A stretch of 62,831 nucleotides of DNA, counting the filler, from Asterionella formosa (lineage: Eukaryota): assembly GCA_002256025.1 (NCBI GenBank). It is 8 parts of 8 records of this genome, joined end to end, with 100 filler letters (N's around TTAATTAATTAA, not from the genome) between each part and the next. Parts side by side here need not be neighbours in the genome. Positions count along the whole stretch, not along the records: positions 26,358 to 52,614 come from NKIB01001774.1; 7 more parts are not named here. The stretch is one strand, 5' to 3'. The notes under the pieces were generated by a model that saw nothing but the letters and a program-made list of their open reading frames with translations, searched no databases and was not told the DNA's origin. The position numbers were made by a program, and so were the translations under genes. Shown one piece after another: positions 26,755-39,897 of the stretch (its first letter is position 1; each line of letters begins with the position of its first letter).

Positions 26755-27203
26755 AGTATGCTATCTGCTGAAAAGACCTGTGCTTCCCTAGTTGTGTTAG
26801 CATATTAGGTGAGTCCTGCACACCCCAGCAACCACCTTTCGCAAAAGGTGATCGTCTTAGCCGCAGCATTAGGGGAAACTCCGACTGCTTACGAAGGCGG
26901 CACAAGCTGTTTGCAGATGGATGGGGGGGATCCACTATTTTTTGCACATCAGGCAAGAGCGACCGTTTGGGATGGGAAGAAGGAGTGTGGGAGTCGAACC
27001 CAACAATTGCTGCTTCTAAAAAAAATTGCGGGAATCGAACCACACAATTTCAGATCAAAGGCAATATGCTCAAACAACTAAGCCATTCCTTCGAAATCAA
27101 CAGTGTACTAAATTAACTATTGTATGTTGATTGGGTTTGGGACTCACCTATGGTATGCTAACAAAACTAGGGAAGCACAGGTCTTGTTGGCAGGTAGCAC
27201 TAT
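26755..27203. mobile_element. ~450-bp non-autonomous TIR element (MITE) enclosing tRNA-like sequence
   Basis: ~60-bp imperfect TIRs: tgctatctgctgaaaagacctgtgcttccctagttgtgttagcata..taggtgagtcc versus ggactcaccta..tatgctaacaaaactagggaagcacaggtcttgttggcaggtagca. Confidence 0.8.
27028..27091 (-). pseudogene. tRNA-derived Pol III head (A box TGGCTTAGTTG, B box GGTTCGATTCC)
   Basis: Minus strand reads ggaatggcttagttgtttgagc...gtggttcgattcccgc. A second B box (GGTTCGACTCC) lies at ~26985-27001. The cloverleaf is incomplete. Confidence 0.6.
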
Positions 27204-29724
27204 TTCTAAGTAGTACGAGTCTAGCATGCGATTCCATATATATTGTACAGTACCTCCTATTCACAGCTAACCTACACAAGTTCCAGGCAATAAAATGAGC
27301 GGATCATCTATTTCATCTCTGCCATCACGTCCTTGTTTGAGGTTCCATAAAGAATAATCAAGAATCATTTGACACTCTTCTACTGTCAAAAAATCTCTTC
27401 TTGTACGGCCACTTGTTGAGATTGAATTGTGGCGAAAATGGAGGATCAGGCATCTGAATTTTGCTCGAGATAGGCAGAAGTGAAATCGAAAAAGCCTTTT
27501 TTTGAAATGAACTCCCTCTGTTCCGGTATAGTTGCACACCGCTCAGAAACTAACCCGGCTCGATCCACATCCTTTAAAGACGACCTCTGTAGAAGTAATA
27601 TGAATTTTCTATGCAAGATGATGCATGGTACAGTTAAGTCACATAGATTTGTATATTTAGGCAAGTATAACAACGCTAAATAGTGATACATGTGCATCGT
27701 TTAGGGTTATTTATTTTCATTGGCCAGTGTACTGTCCTGCATTCATGTAGCTGTGTAATATCGGCTATTACTACCAAAGAGATACAGCTAAATAAACTAA
27801 CAAGCATGCGTTTCCGGAGAAACAATATTTCGTTCTACAGACGTCGAATAATATAGCTAACGTTTTGTGGACGCCCGGATTTATGATGAGCCGGTCATGC
27901 ATGTCGATGCTGGTCCTCGCGTGCTGAAAAGCTAATAAGATTGGAAAGGTGTGGAACTTCAGGGGAGCTCGAAGAAAGCGGGAATTATACATCCCATGAG
28001 GTGACAAGGTAGGAGGTACAGTCTGTTTGGAGAGAAATGGGTGCTGGACCTCCTCCCTCTACTAGGTAGGTATGTGGAAAGTATGTGGAGCTCAAACAGG
28101 CACTAAATCAAGCTTGGGAAATGGGGGGGGGGGGTTGGGGAGCTCCAATATTAAAAATACTTGTATGACACCTAGCTATGGCTGATCAGGATGGGGTGAG
28201 TAATAATCACATATCTTGTAATTCTGAAGAGCTTCTTGCAAGTCGATTTCATTAATTGTTGAACCTCCGTCAATAGTAAGGTTGGTAAGAAAGCACTTGA
28301 TCAGGGTTTACTTACTTGGTCTTCATTGATAGTGAGAAGAAGAAAGTTTGTTTCCCACCCACCACCCTGGAATTGTTGAACCAGCTGCCCTGCCAATGGT
28401 ATCAGGTAACAACTGATGCTCGTTCAGCTTTCTTTTTGGTTATCTATATAAGTGACTCAAGTAAAAGTATAATCTTGGGAGAAAAGTGGTGGGACTTTTC
28501 GCCCCCTATTTCTGCTGTCTCTGTTTTGCGCTGCATACCAGTTAGGACAGATTGAGACGTTGCGGTTTAATTTTACTATGATTTGCGAAGGATAAAAAAG
28601 GAAATACAAGACCCCAACGTGTGGAGGAAAGAAAAGAAAAAGGAGCATTAAACATGTGATACATGAATTAAAATATATGAACCCCAGATGAGACTAACTA
28701 CTGACAACCTTATCAGCCTCCCTTTTGAGGTTGTGAAACGAGCAATCGGCGATGTATTATCGCTGTTCTGGTGTTAAATTCTTCTACTTACCGGTATGTC
28801 TATTGAATAAATCCGTAGCTTTTAGTATGGCGCACTTTAGGGCAATTGAGCCGGAGAAAATCGTATAAAGGAGTCAAAACGGCCCCGGAGAAATTGACGC
28901 AATGATTGTTTTCGCCCAGACAAGCTTCTACCACCGTACTGCGGGATGTCTATTATGACCATGTCCTGATAGGCAAATATTTACTCAATCGTTCGTGCGG
29001 AATTGTTTGGAATCTCCACGACCGGCAGATGGAAAGCATTACCACAAAAAGTGAGTGGGACGACATTATTGGATTTGTCGACATTTCGGCTCGATGTTGA
29101 TGCAACGGGAATTTGGAGAACTCCATCCGTTCCGCCGCTTCTACATCATTTCGACAAAAGGACCATCTTGTATTTTTTTTAACAGACTTTATTCTATCTC
29201 GACGCAATTGGTCATTGTGAAAGGTGTTACCCTGAGTTCGACTTCAAAAATGGTTTGGCTCTGTGAACCTTGTACCACTCTTCTACCAGCAAGTAAGTAG
29301 TCATTGGGTCATACGATTTCGAAGCTGTAGAAAGTACCGTAATCCTATCAAAGAATATCGGTCATTTGATGAGTACTCACGATGTCTTGTGCACTCCTGA
29401 TACTTTGTACGAAGTCGTCCTATCACGCTCTATGTACAGCACTATGTGAGCATCAGAGATATTTCGGTTTTACGTTTGCGGTCGTGAAGTGGAGTCGTAT
29501 GTACTGGTGTCCTTTTTAGTAAAGGCTGGACGAAATAATATTACAGATATCGGACACTATTAGTGAACAAATTAATCACGCCGCCCTGTTTGTCATCAAC
29601 AACAAAAACAGTTCAATATTGCTTTCCATAAGACGGAATCAGAGAATTTTGAATCCTAGCACTGCTAGCCATATTCTCGAGAATAGTCAGCAATTTCGAA
29701 CATTACACAACCAGCTTAATCATC

Positions 29725-30372
29725 ATGGAGATTGCACTTGAACAAAAAAAAGCTGTTTCCTTCGGTCTAATTGTTGAGGTTAAATGTTTTGATCGCCTCG
29801 AGAAGGAGCACATGCAATCCCTATGGTACTCGGTAAGTTCTTTCCAGGGCTTTCAAAGGATTCGACTGTTTCGGTGAACTCAGTGAATATGCGATTTCGC
29901 TCATCGCCTTCCCTTTCTTTCGCCACTCCACTAGAAACATGACCTGGCAGAAATCAAGAAAGAGATTAAGCTGACCATACGACTTTTGAAAACAAATAAG
30001 CCGCTGCCTCCGGAATATTGCGAACGAGGGCTAGAAATGTACAGCAATTCTGTCTTAAAATTTCAACAATTTCAGGCATGCCGTCTGGGTGTCGTTCAAG
30101 TTGTCATGAATGAACAAATCATTCAACGATGCATCGGCATCTGTGACAATATGAGCATTGGTCGAATTGCATCGGCTACATCAATATTTTCCAAACAAGC
30201 AGCCATACAACAAGCGAATCTGGATTATTACAACGCCTACTGTCTGGTGCAAATGAACTATCAGCATCATGCAACTCATGACTACCAGAAAGTTGAGCCA
30301 TCCTTTCATTTGTATTCAAATACTGATAGCACTACCACTGTCCTAGCTAATCCATGCCTCGCCAAGTCATGA
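29725..30372 (+). CDS. Diatom-type hypothetical protein (VxF..WYS..CERGLE family), paralog 1, intron 29833-29934
   Basis: 108-nt exon 1 ends in WYS|GTAAG. Exon 2 reads KHDL..EYCERGLE..FSKQAAIQQA. Confidence 0.8.
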
Positions 30373-30965
30373 TCAAGTGATTACACAACGATTGACACTG
30401 CATCAATAAACAACTAATGTTCTCCATTCTGTATGAGAAATACTGGATAGTGAGTGATCTATAATATTGGCTGCTTGCTGTTGGCTGAGTGATGAGTGAC
30501 CATGTCACTGTACTGATGTAGAGGGTTCACTGTTAAAGATACAAGAATTTCTGGTGTCATTGTTTCCTGGCAGACACCAAGATAGCCAAGTAGGCAAATA
30601 AATAGAGAAAAAGTGAAATGCAAGTAGGCAGCTAATAATGGTTTGTTACTGGTAGGTGTGGTGCTATTTCTGACCCTTTGCTGATGGCCATCAACACATT
30701 GCAAATACATGCAAAAGACAAAGTGTGGTCAAACTAGCATGATCATACATTTGTAGCCTCTGAATTGAGAATATCTCTCCAAAATAGCCATTGGTACCCA
30801 GTGACCTTCTTAGTTGATCACATATTCTATTTCTCCAAAAAATGGTGCTCTGGTCAATTCTGGTGAAGGGTGCATTCTGTTGGGAATGTTTCTAAGAGTT
30901 TCATGGCTTTAGGGGAATCCTGCCATTATAGTTTCAATGGTACGGTTGAAATAAATGTAGCTTTC

Positions 30966-31210
30966 TAAAAAATGTCAACTAAATCTTATAGTACATGAAA
31001 GTTATCCAATAATCACACTTGGGCCCAAATAAATGGACATAATTAGCACCAGTTTCATTCACCTGTATGGTTTAATGGGACCTGTCTTTCCTTCAGCCAC
31101 ATCCCCCAGGACTCATGCTTAGGACTTCATGAAAATGAAAAAGGCAGGTGGAGAATGCAGGAATCAAACCTGCCACCTTGCATGTGCTAACCAACTAAGC
31201 CATTCCCCTT
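30966..31210 (-). mobile_element. tRNA-derived SINE with a 15-bp target-site duplication
   Basis: The head (31208-31149) GGGGAATGGCTTAGTTGGTTAGC..GCAGGTTTGATTCCTGCATTCTCCA has acceptor, D and T arms but a deleted anticodon arm. Flanks are ATAAATGTAGCTTTC (30951-30965) and ATACATGTAGCTTTC (31211-31225). Confidence 0.7.
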
Positions 31211-32168
31211 ATACATGTAGCTTTCAACATTATGGTACAACTGGTGTTGCCTCACCCCCAGCCCTGGATAGTGCTTGACATGCATTCTTTCTCAAATTAT
31301 TTCAGAGCATCGGCTGTTCACTGCTCTTGGAGCAGCACCATCTGAAGGGCTGCTCCACCTGTAAATTAATTTCAAACGACTTCTTGGGAACATCTACTAC
31401 CACATAGAGGATGCTGGAAATGCTGGTAACTAGGAATAATTGAGCAAGGGCAAATGGTGGGGATTTGCCCTCTCGTGTTACATGTATACAGTATTGTAGG
31501 GTATGCGGACTATCCCTGAAGGTGGAAAAAACAAGCAGAACGATGGTCCGGCAAACCATCTTTTACCGGACTTTCTAGGTACCTGTGGTATATACATACG
31601 CCTCTTGGTACCTGGTACTCCGGAATTCAGTGCAGATTCATTACTCCGTGCTTGGCTGGCGGATTGGTGTGGATTTTACTATCTGTATATACCGGTATAG
31701 AAATTGCAAGACATACCACAGTACAGATATAATTTAGAACTGACGGTCAAGAATGGGTCATCCTGCCGATACAAACGAAAGCGGGATTGTGTCCAATGCT
31801 GTCAGATTTGAGTAGCTGCCATTTGTGTGAGGAGTCATATGTCTATTCAACAGGCATCCATATTTCTTGGCATCTGATTCATGGCTCATGTTTCGACTTG
31901 TGAACTCTTAAAATATTTATGTATAAAATCTACCCGTACATAAACAGTAAAAATAGTGTCATGGCTGAAGGGAAAGTGGCACACGCACATTATCGTAGCT
32001 TGTTCATTGTGCCTGGTACCTGGTACTTCACTACGCCAGGTACGCTACCGGTAGATAAGAAACAAGACCTCTGATGATCACAACATTTTCCCCAGGTATT
32101 TCTAATATTTCTCATTTAATTGTATTTTACCGACACCATCTCAACAATCAGCGGCGCTCTCATCAAGC

Positions 32169-32877
32169 ATGGAAGCTGCACGAAAAGCAAAGAATGTTTC
32201 CTTTGCTTTAGCAGATGCTGAAGTTATAACTTTCGATAAGGTTGAGAAAGAGCACAGACGGAACGTTTGGTATTCGGTAAGTCCTTCTTTTATTGCATGC
32301 ACTGATCAATGCAAAGGGTTCAACTTGTTCGGGTGTGAACTTACCCTTTCTATTTTGTTACCTTCCATAGAAACGAGACCTGATGGAAACGAACAAGGAG
32401 ACGAAGCGTACCATACGACTGTTGAATGCGAATAACAATATGCCGTTGCCTTCACAATATTGCGAACGAGGGCTAGAAATGAAGCGGTCCATCCGAACAC
32501 TTCAACAATCCCAGGCACGTCGTGTGGCTGTCATACAAGCCGTTATAAACTTCCAAAAGGCACACATAGATATGGGCATCCGTGATCGCGATGATGTGGG
32601 CATTGGTCGGGCTGCATCTGCCGTTTCGGTATTTTCCAAACAAGCTGCCATACAGCAAGCAAAAATGGACTTTGATGACGTGTACTCTCTGACGACGCCA
32701 ACGATCCCCAGTTATGACGATGCTGGTTCTCAAAACGATCGGTCATGTCATGAGTTGTTGTCGAGTATCAAGACTCATGCACAAGTCATGATACCTCTCG
32801 TATTCAACAGTGACGATGGCACTTCTGCCAAGTTCTTGGTTCTCAAGCTCAATAAACCAATGGCGTCGTTCGCATGA
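32169..32877 (+). CDS. Diatom-type hypothetical protein (CERGLE family), paralog 2, intron 32277-32370
   Basis: Same 108-nt exon 1, phase-0 intron position and YCERGLEM/FSKQAAIQQA blocks as the gene at 29725. Confidence 0.82.
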
Positions 32878-33808
32878 TACAATAAGTGAACTTTCTGTAT
32901 GTATAGTTTGAGCTACTTCTTTCATCTTGTTATATACATATAGCTCGAGCTACTACATTGTCATTGATCATTTGGCATACTACTGGGTACTCACTGTCAA
33001 TGCAAGCAATCTTTTCTTATAGAAACTTGTCGAGGAAGCAGCACACACAATTGTCTTGCAATCTGAACTAGAACGTTACCTTGTTTGTACTCTGACTACT
33101 GGTAGTCAGCTTTTATGATTTTAATTGTTTATACGTGTTGTAAGTTACAGCTAAAATATCCTTTGATAGTGCCGGTAGTTGTATGCTTCATATTATTTCA
33201 TTTATGTGCTGGGCGGTTGTGGTATTCGCTCATACGGGTACCTCCCATTTATCTTGTACTAGCATACATACCGGTAATGCATTTCATTGCTGCTGAGCTA
33301 TAACATGAGCCTGTCTTATCACGGCTGGTTTGGAATAATCGATTCTTGTAGTATGAAGCAACCATATAGTAGCTGACTTGACTGGACGTAAAATACATCT
33401 TTTGTTACCAACCGGTATTGTTATGGAATACGACATGATGGACGAAGGAGTGCAAACCTGGTATTCTGACGAAATGGCAAAAAGTTGACTCAGAAATAAA
33501 GATGAGGAAGAAATGAAAAAGATGTTGAACAAAAGGCTTTAATGTAGTAGGTAATAGAAGTACATATACAAATTTTTATTTTATTTTCATGGAAGATTGT
33601 AATTGCATCGTTTGCACACAAAAAAATGCAGAACCATATAAATATGGACCTTTAAAACTCGCGTGGACGTTTGTCGTCCAAAAAGAGACGATATCCTTGC
33701 TGTGATAAAAAAGACGTAACAGGTATGGATAGAATAAAAAAGTAATACCAAAAATTGAAAGTGTGCCATTGAGGGCAAAAAAAAATGCAGTGAATCGGAA
33801 AAAGGCGC

Positions 33809-36588
33809 TCACAACTCAGCAAGAATGTTGACTGGTGGAATTTCATCATCGGAAACTCGACGATCACGTTGCTCGTCACTGGGATGTTGATAGTGTTGCA
33901 TCGTAACAAATGAATTAGTCATTAGGTGGTTGGAAGGGTAGGAGTGTCCGAGGGGAGGAGGTGCAAGTGCACCCAGTCCCATAGTACTCGTCAGACTAGG
34001 AGCAGCTAAAATGTGGCATTGGTGCGGTTGTTCCATGATAGTTTTTCCTGCCGTGGAGAGAACGGGACTAACTGGTAGGTAATTGACTGACAAAAACATC
34101 CAGTCTTTTGCCAACAAGGCTGCCAACTCCGCTCCACTGCGTCGATTGTCATTGGAGTAACCTCGAAACGATTTGATCAAAATATGCAATAAATCTTGCT
34201 CAACTTTTGAGCGTTGGTCAGAGGAGCGAAGAAGAAGCAAACGGAGCGAAATAAAGTGTTGTATCAACAAGGATTCACCTCCTGAGCCAGGAGAGTGTTC
34301 ACGTATCACGGGCATATACTGGCCCAAGAGGTTTGCAATCCTTTGCTCGTCATCAGCATTTTCAAGACTCATTTGGGGACTTGTGCTTTGACGCTGCCAG
34401 AGCATCGCAGAGGGAGCAGACTGTGGAGCCAATGGCGGAGTTTTGTAATTTTTCCAATTTGGTATGGCTGTGGTGTTCGTATCTGGAACCGTTCGAGAAA
34501 CAGGTGGCTGGGTCAAAGGGCAAGGATTTCGAGACGTATACATTAACAACGCCTCAAAGGCAGCTCCTGATCCACTACTCCCATTTGAATAGTTGGCATC
34601 ACTCCCCACATCAATCACTAGCTGCCATTTGGGTTCGGGCATCAACTTGCCAAATATAGAAACATACTTGTCAATCAACACAGGATTTGATGTGATTTCC
34701 TTTGTAGAGTAGAAAGCGAGAACCATTCGACCAACTGAAGGTGATTCTAACGGAATCCCCAAAGCAGTCTTGACACCATAGATTTTGGCTCCACCAGTTC
34801 TCTCAAATATAACTGGATCTTGTTCGTTAACTCTAGTCTCCCACGAAGGGCGTCCTGTTCCAAAGACACGGCCAGGGAGACCAACACCAGAAGAAAAGGA
34901 AAAGTTGGTACTGTAGACGCCATATTCGTGTAATTGCAATGCCAGCGTTGAATTAATGTCCGAACGAGTGGCATGCCCAGCGTGATAGAGGCGTGTGACA
35001 TCTCCTTGTCCATTTCCATTTCCATTTCCATCCACAGAGGATGGTACCCATATATCCACATGGGCAAATGGACCTTGTTCAGCTTCCATGTATTGAATGA
35101 CCTGATCCAGAAAGGGACCACAATCGCCCAAAATGTCAGGTGCTTCATTAAGTTGTGGAAGTGGCTCAATATTTTGCTCATCAAGGCTGCAATTGTCAAA
35201 TTCATTCCAGTCCATACTTCCCGACCGCGGCTTCATGGATGCATCCAAGGCATTGACCAACATGTCCATTTCGTCCATATCAGCATTTTCTGATGCATCT
35301 GAGATCACTGCCATGAAAGGTTCGCTCGATGGTCCATCATGGCTAAAAGTGATTGGCTTGAAAGGGCCTCCTTGCGCCATACTATTTACTTGCCCAGGAG
35401 TCGTTTCATTGGCAGGTCGTCCTCCAATGAAGACGCCGCTAGAGGCCGTGTTCCCAACATCGTTTCTTAAGGCTGACCCCAAGCGTCTACGACGGGCCTT
35501 GCGAACATAATCGTCCGCATCAGCAGCCCGTGCTTCCATATCATCCAGACTCGACAACCAGCGCCTCGCGTCCAATAATTCATAACCCACTTGTAAACAA
35601 AGGTTAGAAAAGTATGTGCGCCATAATTTAACCATATTGAAACGTAGTTCCAAGTGCATGGGTACCCACGAGAGCGACCGTAAAAATTGATGTTGCAAGA
35701 CAGCTAGACTAGGACCAACCTGGGTGGTAGCAGCCAACGATCCGAATGTGTAACTCCTAGAACTCAAACTGGCATTCTTCATCTTTTTTGTAAGCCGCGA
35801 CGATTTGCACAAGAGCATATCTCCCAAAAACTCATTCAACCTTAATCCATATGGGAGTGTGAGTTCTCCACGATCAAATCCCGCAACCAGTGCATCCACA
35901 AAGGCCACCTCTTCATTGCTCCATCGTCCTGTGCGGTGATTGTGATGATCTGACCTGGTACGTGCTCTGTTATTGAGCAACCAATAGCTCGATTCTGCTT
36001 GAATTTGATGATACGTGTCGTCGTCACGTGGTCTTTTCTTACTTGTGTCATCCAAACCTTTGCTGCGCATATCAATGGCTATTTCTAGATCCGCCATGCT
36101 CAGGGGGAAGAGTTCTATTCCATTGACAGTCCCGCAATGGCATACTGGACAATCCAAGGGTTCGGTGACTGGAGAAGGAATTCCTCCTGAGTTCGATGCC
36201 GAAGAACAAATCAACGCAAGTGGAGTGCAGGACTATACAAGGGGGTTGGAAGCAATGTATTGTGAGTGTTGGGAAACAGAATAACGTACAAAGTGAAAAA
36301 TATGGGGTTTTGTTCACAGTGAACAAATCAGTCACGAGTGACGTAACATGGTGGTCATCAGCATCGCATTGCATTCTTCGTCATTACAACAAGAAGAACA
36401 AATCACTCATGCCTACAACGAGTAACAACAATGTCCAGTTGTGGTGGACAGACACGCTGAGCGTATCGTGGGACAACCATGATGATGTCTCTTACCACAT
36501 GAAGACAACAACCGCAACCAACAAGCAGCAAATCAGGCGACGCAAGATTGCATTGTCGGCAAGTACCGGTAATACTCTCAGGATTCAT
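33809..36588 (-). CDS. Putative regulator: RING-like Zn finger + Myb-like RxGxWxxEE domain + NLP-type GAF domain (intron 36233-36495)
   Basis: Spliced CRQC..CGCCLHV|SC..CPVC, then RTGRWSNEE..LNEFLGDMLLCKSSRLTKK, then FSFSSGVGLPGRVFGTGRPSWE..GVKTALGIP, which resembles the GAF region of NIN-like proteins. Confidence 0.8.
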
Positions 36589-37642
36589 AATGGTGCCTGA
36601 TAATCAAAAATGCAACCGACCGGCCGAATATGAAGGAAACAAGAACAAAGCAGGCGCAACTGCGAGGCTTCCAAAATTACAAAACCCAGTATTCTATCAC
36701 GCCATGTAGAATTCACACATATTTTATCTGCTGTATGTACCGGTATTTATCTTTTAGATTAGTTTCTCCTTGAGTACAAACCGTCATTTACCAGCCGTAA
36801 TTACAATCGACGCGGTTGTGCCTGATTGAGCAACAATAACAGTTTCTGCCTGCTGCTGCTGCTGCACAACATCATTTGGCTGATGAGGAATCAGAATACT
36901 GGTATGAATCATATGGCATACCGGTGGGTTCTATCAGCACATGATGATGATGGTATGAATCATGTGGCGTAGGTTCTACAGTATCTTGCAGTCGACATAC
37001 GAGGTACACTACCGGTACGTAGTTAAGTACCTGGTGCGGTACCATACAAATCCTGCATACAGCATCGATAGCTACCCGCCCTAGTACCAGGTACCGTTTC
37101 GCATCATACCAAGTCCCACTGTAAAGGATACACAAAAATACATACAGGTACCAGGGTACCTGGTACCTGTATTACCAGTACCTGGTAGTCTTTTACAGAC
37201 AGGAGTCGCGAGGACTCCTGCAAATAAGAGGAACGGCTTGATCCTAAGAGCATCGCCACCGCATCGACCAAATACCAAAGCCAATTACGGGTATTGCAGT
37301 GAAAATATCAATACACGTCACTTGGTCGAGAAATTCTTTTTCAATATAGTCGAAATTTTCTTTTTTTTCCCACTGCATCGACCAAATCCTCTATATTAGT
37401 AGTCAAATCTCGTGCCTAAATTTTTAGCCAATAGAAATAAAGGTAGACTGTAGTTTCGTGTGTATCACTTTTAATTCATGAAGTAGCCGCATACATACCT
37501 TATTCTTAAACAGCTAGCAATACTCCTATCTGGTAGTGCCCGACAAAAAATATTACCACTATGTACTTGAATATTGTTTGTAGAGAATTGTGGCTTCTTT
37601 ATTATCACCAATAAATATGACTTTTGTTTCAACACAGCGAAA

Positions 37643-38919
37643 ATGAGCAATGATAGCGACTCGTCAGATCACAATCATTTCTTCCACTTCCGCAATATGT
37701 GGAAGCAAAGCAAGAAGGCCAAGCAAGAAAGAAAAAGGGAGGAGGATCAAAGGTGGCTGGGAAAGGCATCCAATCTCAATCATTTTTGGACAGACTACTA
37801 TGACAAGCTTTTGAAAAAGGATTATTTCAGTGAAAATCCAATTTACTCGTCAGCAATGTTCAGGAGGCGCTTCCGGATGAGACGTTTGCTGTTTGAGAAG
37901 ATTCTTGAAAATTTGGTTGCTTCGGATTCTTTCTTTTCTCAGAAGAAGGATGCCTTCTTGGATTTTCTGGGATTTTTGACACACCAAAACTTACCTTGGC
38001 GCTACGCATGTTAGCCTATGGAACATCGGCTGATCAGTTGGACGATTTAACAAGGATGTCAGAGTCAACAACACTCAACAATTCTTTGCAACACTTCTGT
38101 AACGCAATAATCAACAGGTATGGGAAAGAGTATCTTAGAGCTCCAACCAAAAAGGACCTTGAGATGATTCTTCGTTTGCATGAGCGAAGGAAAGGGTTGG
38201 CTAGCTAGGGCTTCTTGGTTCATTGGATGTCATGCATTGGGAGTGGAAAAACTGTCCCAAAGCACACAGAGGAGCACATCAAAGAAAAGAAGGAGACTTG
38301 CTTTGGAAGCTGCGGTTGATTGTAGACTTTGGTTCTGGCATGCATGGTTTGGAATGCCCAGGGCAAACAATGATCTTAATACTTTGGATCGTTCACCGTT
38401 TTTCCATGATTTGTCAGCTGGAAGGACTCCAAATGTACAGTTTGCCATCAGCAACCAACAACGCAATCTGGGGTATTGTTTGGTTGACGGAATCTACCCA
38501 AATTGGCATATATTTGTCAAGACGATTTCAGAGCCACAAGGTCCAAAACGGAGTTATTTCTCGATGCGTCAGGAGGCACAGCGCAAGGATGTCGAGCGAG
38601 CATTTGGATTTCTACAGGCCAGGTGGAGGATCCTTGCACTTCCATGTAAACTTTTAGTGGGTGCTATGAACAGTGTAATTATTGCATGTATCATTTTGCA
38701 CAACATGATCATAGAGGATGAATGGAAACTGAAAATGCAAATGAATGTCTATTTGAGAATATTCAGGATGGATTTTTGGTTGACAATGTGAATCATGACA
38801 ATGTACACACATTTCTTGATTTCAAGAATATTAGAATGAAGTACATGAGTGAAGGTAACCACTTTCAATTGCGTAACGATTTGATTGAGCACTTGTGGAT
38901 TCAAAACGAGAACAAATAG
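37643..38919 (+). pseudogene. Harbinger DDE transposase, frameshifted
   Basis: FRRRFRMRR, ALRMLAYG, LDVMHWEWKNCP, NNDLN, DGIYP, RKDVERAFG and CIILHNMIIEDE are spread over several frames. Confidence 0.93.
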
Positions 38920-39073
38920 TACATGATAACTTGATTCTAGATTTATATTTTTAAGTCGGTAAAATACAAGTTCTAGATTGGCAATAATGAAAGGATTAGT
39001 GTAATGTCATGTCACTATAATCAAACTAGTTTAATACTCTTATGGTCCAGTCTGTAGAACCAAAACCTCATCA

Positions 39074-39897
39074 TCAGTAGATGATGAACGAGAAGTTGAA
39101 ATATCGATTCAACTGAACTGCCTGACTCCAACGAAGCGGTCTTGGTTTTTTGCGTGATGGTTTTGAACTATCCTCCATCTCCTCCATAGCTTCTTGATCC
39201 TTCATAGCAAACCACCTTTTAGCTTCCTCTGAATTAATATTAAGAGAGAAAATCTTAAACAAAAATTCATCACGTTGCATCTTCACCTTGCTTTCTTTCC
39301 AACATCTGCACGTGTTTTTGTTCAATGACAAGCTGAGCATTTGCGAGCAGCTTACTATCTTTTGCTTCTTTCATCCTCATGGGACGCACATCTAGTGACT
39401 CAGGACTCTTCTTTGGGATTTGCTGCTGATCTCGGACATTTCCACACCCACCCTTCCACTTTGGGGCATCCTTCAAAATTCGCCAACACCCTTCGGACAG
39501 GAATTCTCTACCCGGTTTCCTTCCTTTTTCCTCTGCCTAATTTAAATAGCTCCTTGGCTTCTTCAAGGTAGTTGTTGTCTGTCCATCCTGACTTAGCAAG
39601 GGACGTAACCTGTGAATAGAGGCCGCAAAGCTTTGTCACATCTTGATTGATTGTTCCCTGTCGAGCAGTGCACGCTGTTGAGGTGTGATCCTTCCCATCT
39701 GGGATAAGCTCATCATACATCTCAAATAGTACCCTGCTCCAAAACTTGCTTGCTTTCTGACCAGTCCCAGTGATTGAGTCTTCACTTGCAGCTACACAGG
39801 CCCAAGAGATTGCTTCGTCCTCTTCCTTCTCCCACGTGACACCGGAGCCCATCCTGACAAGAAGGATGATTGCTGCTTTATGATGTTGACTCAACAT
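39074..39897 (-). pseudogene. Harbinger ORF2 (Myb/SANT-like, NAM-associated), frameshifted
   Basis: WEKEEDEAISWA..EDSITGTGQKASKFWSRV..SGW and KDAPKW are typical of the PIF/Harbinger accessory protein. Confidence 0.85.

Noticed and set aside
26820..26935. HDV-like, twister, hammerhead or hairpin ribozyme
   Set aside because: Partial motifs (CUAAUGC, GCUAA, AGUC) are present, but the required helices, pseudoknots and conserved cores could not be assembled by eye.
27267..29300. Gene fragments (e.g. DFLTVEEC, 2OG-oxygenase-like)
   Set aside because: Too short and interrupted to support a call.
31149..31208. Functional tRNA gene
   Set aside because: The anticodon arm is missing, the T loop is mutated (TTTGA) and the element is flanked by a TSD.
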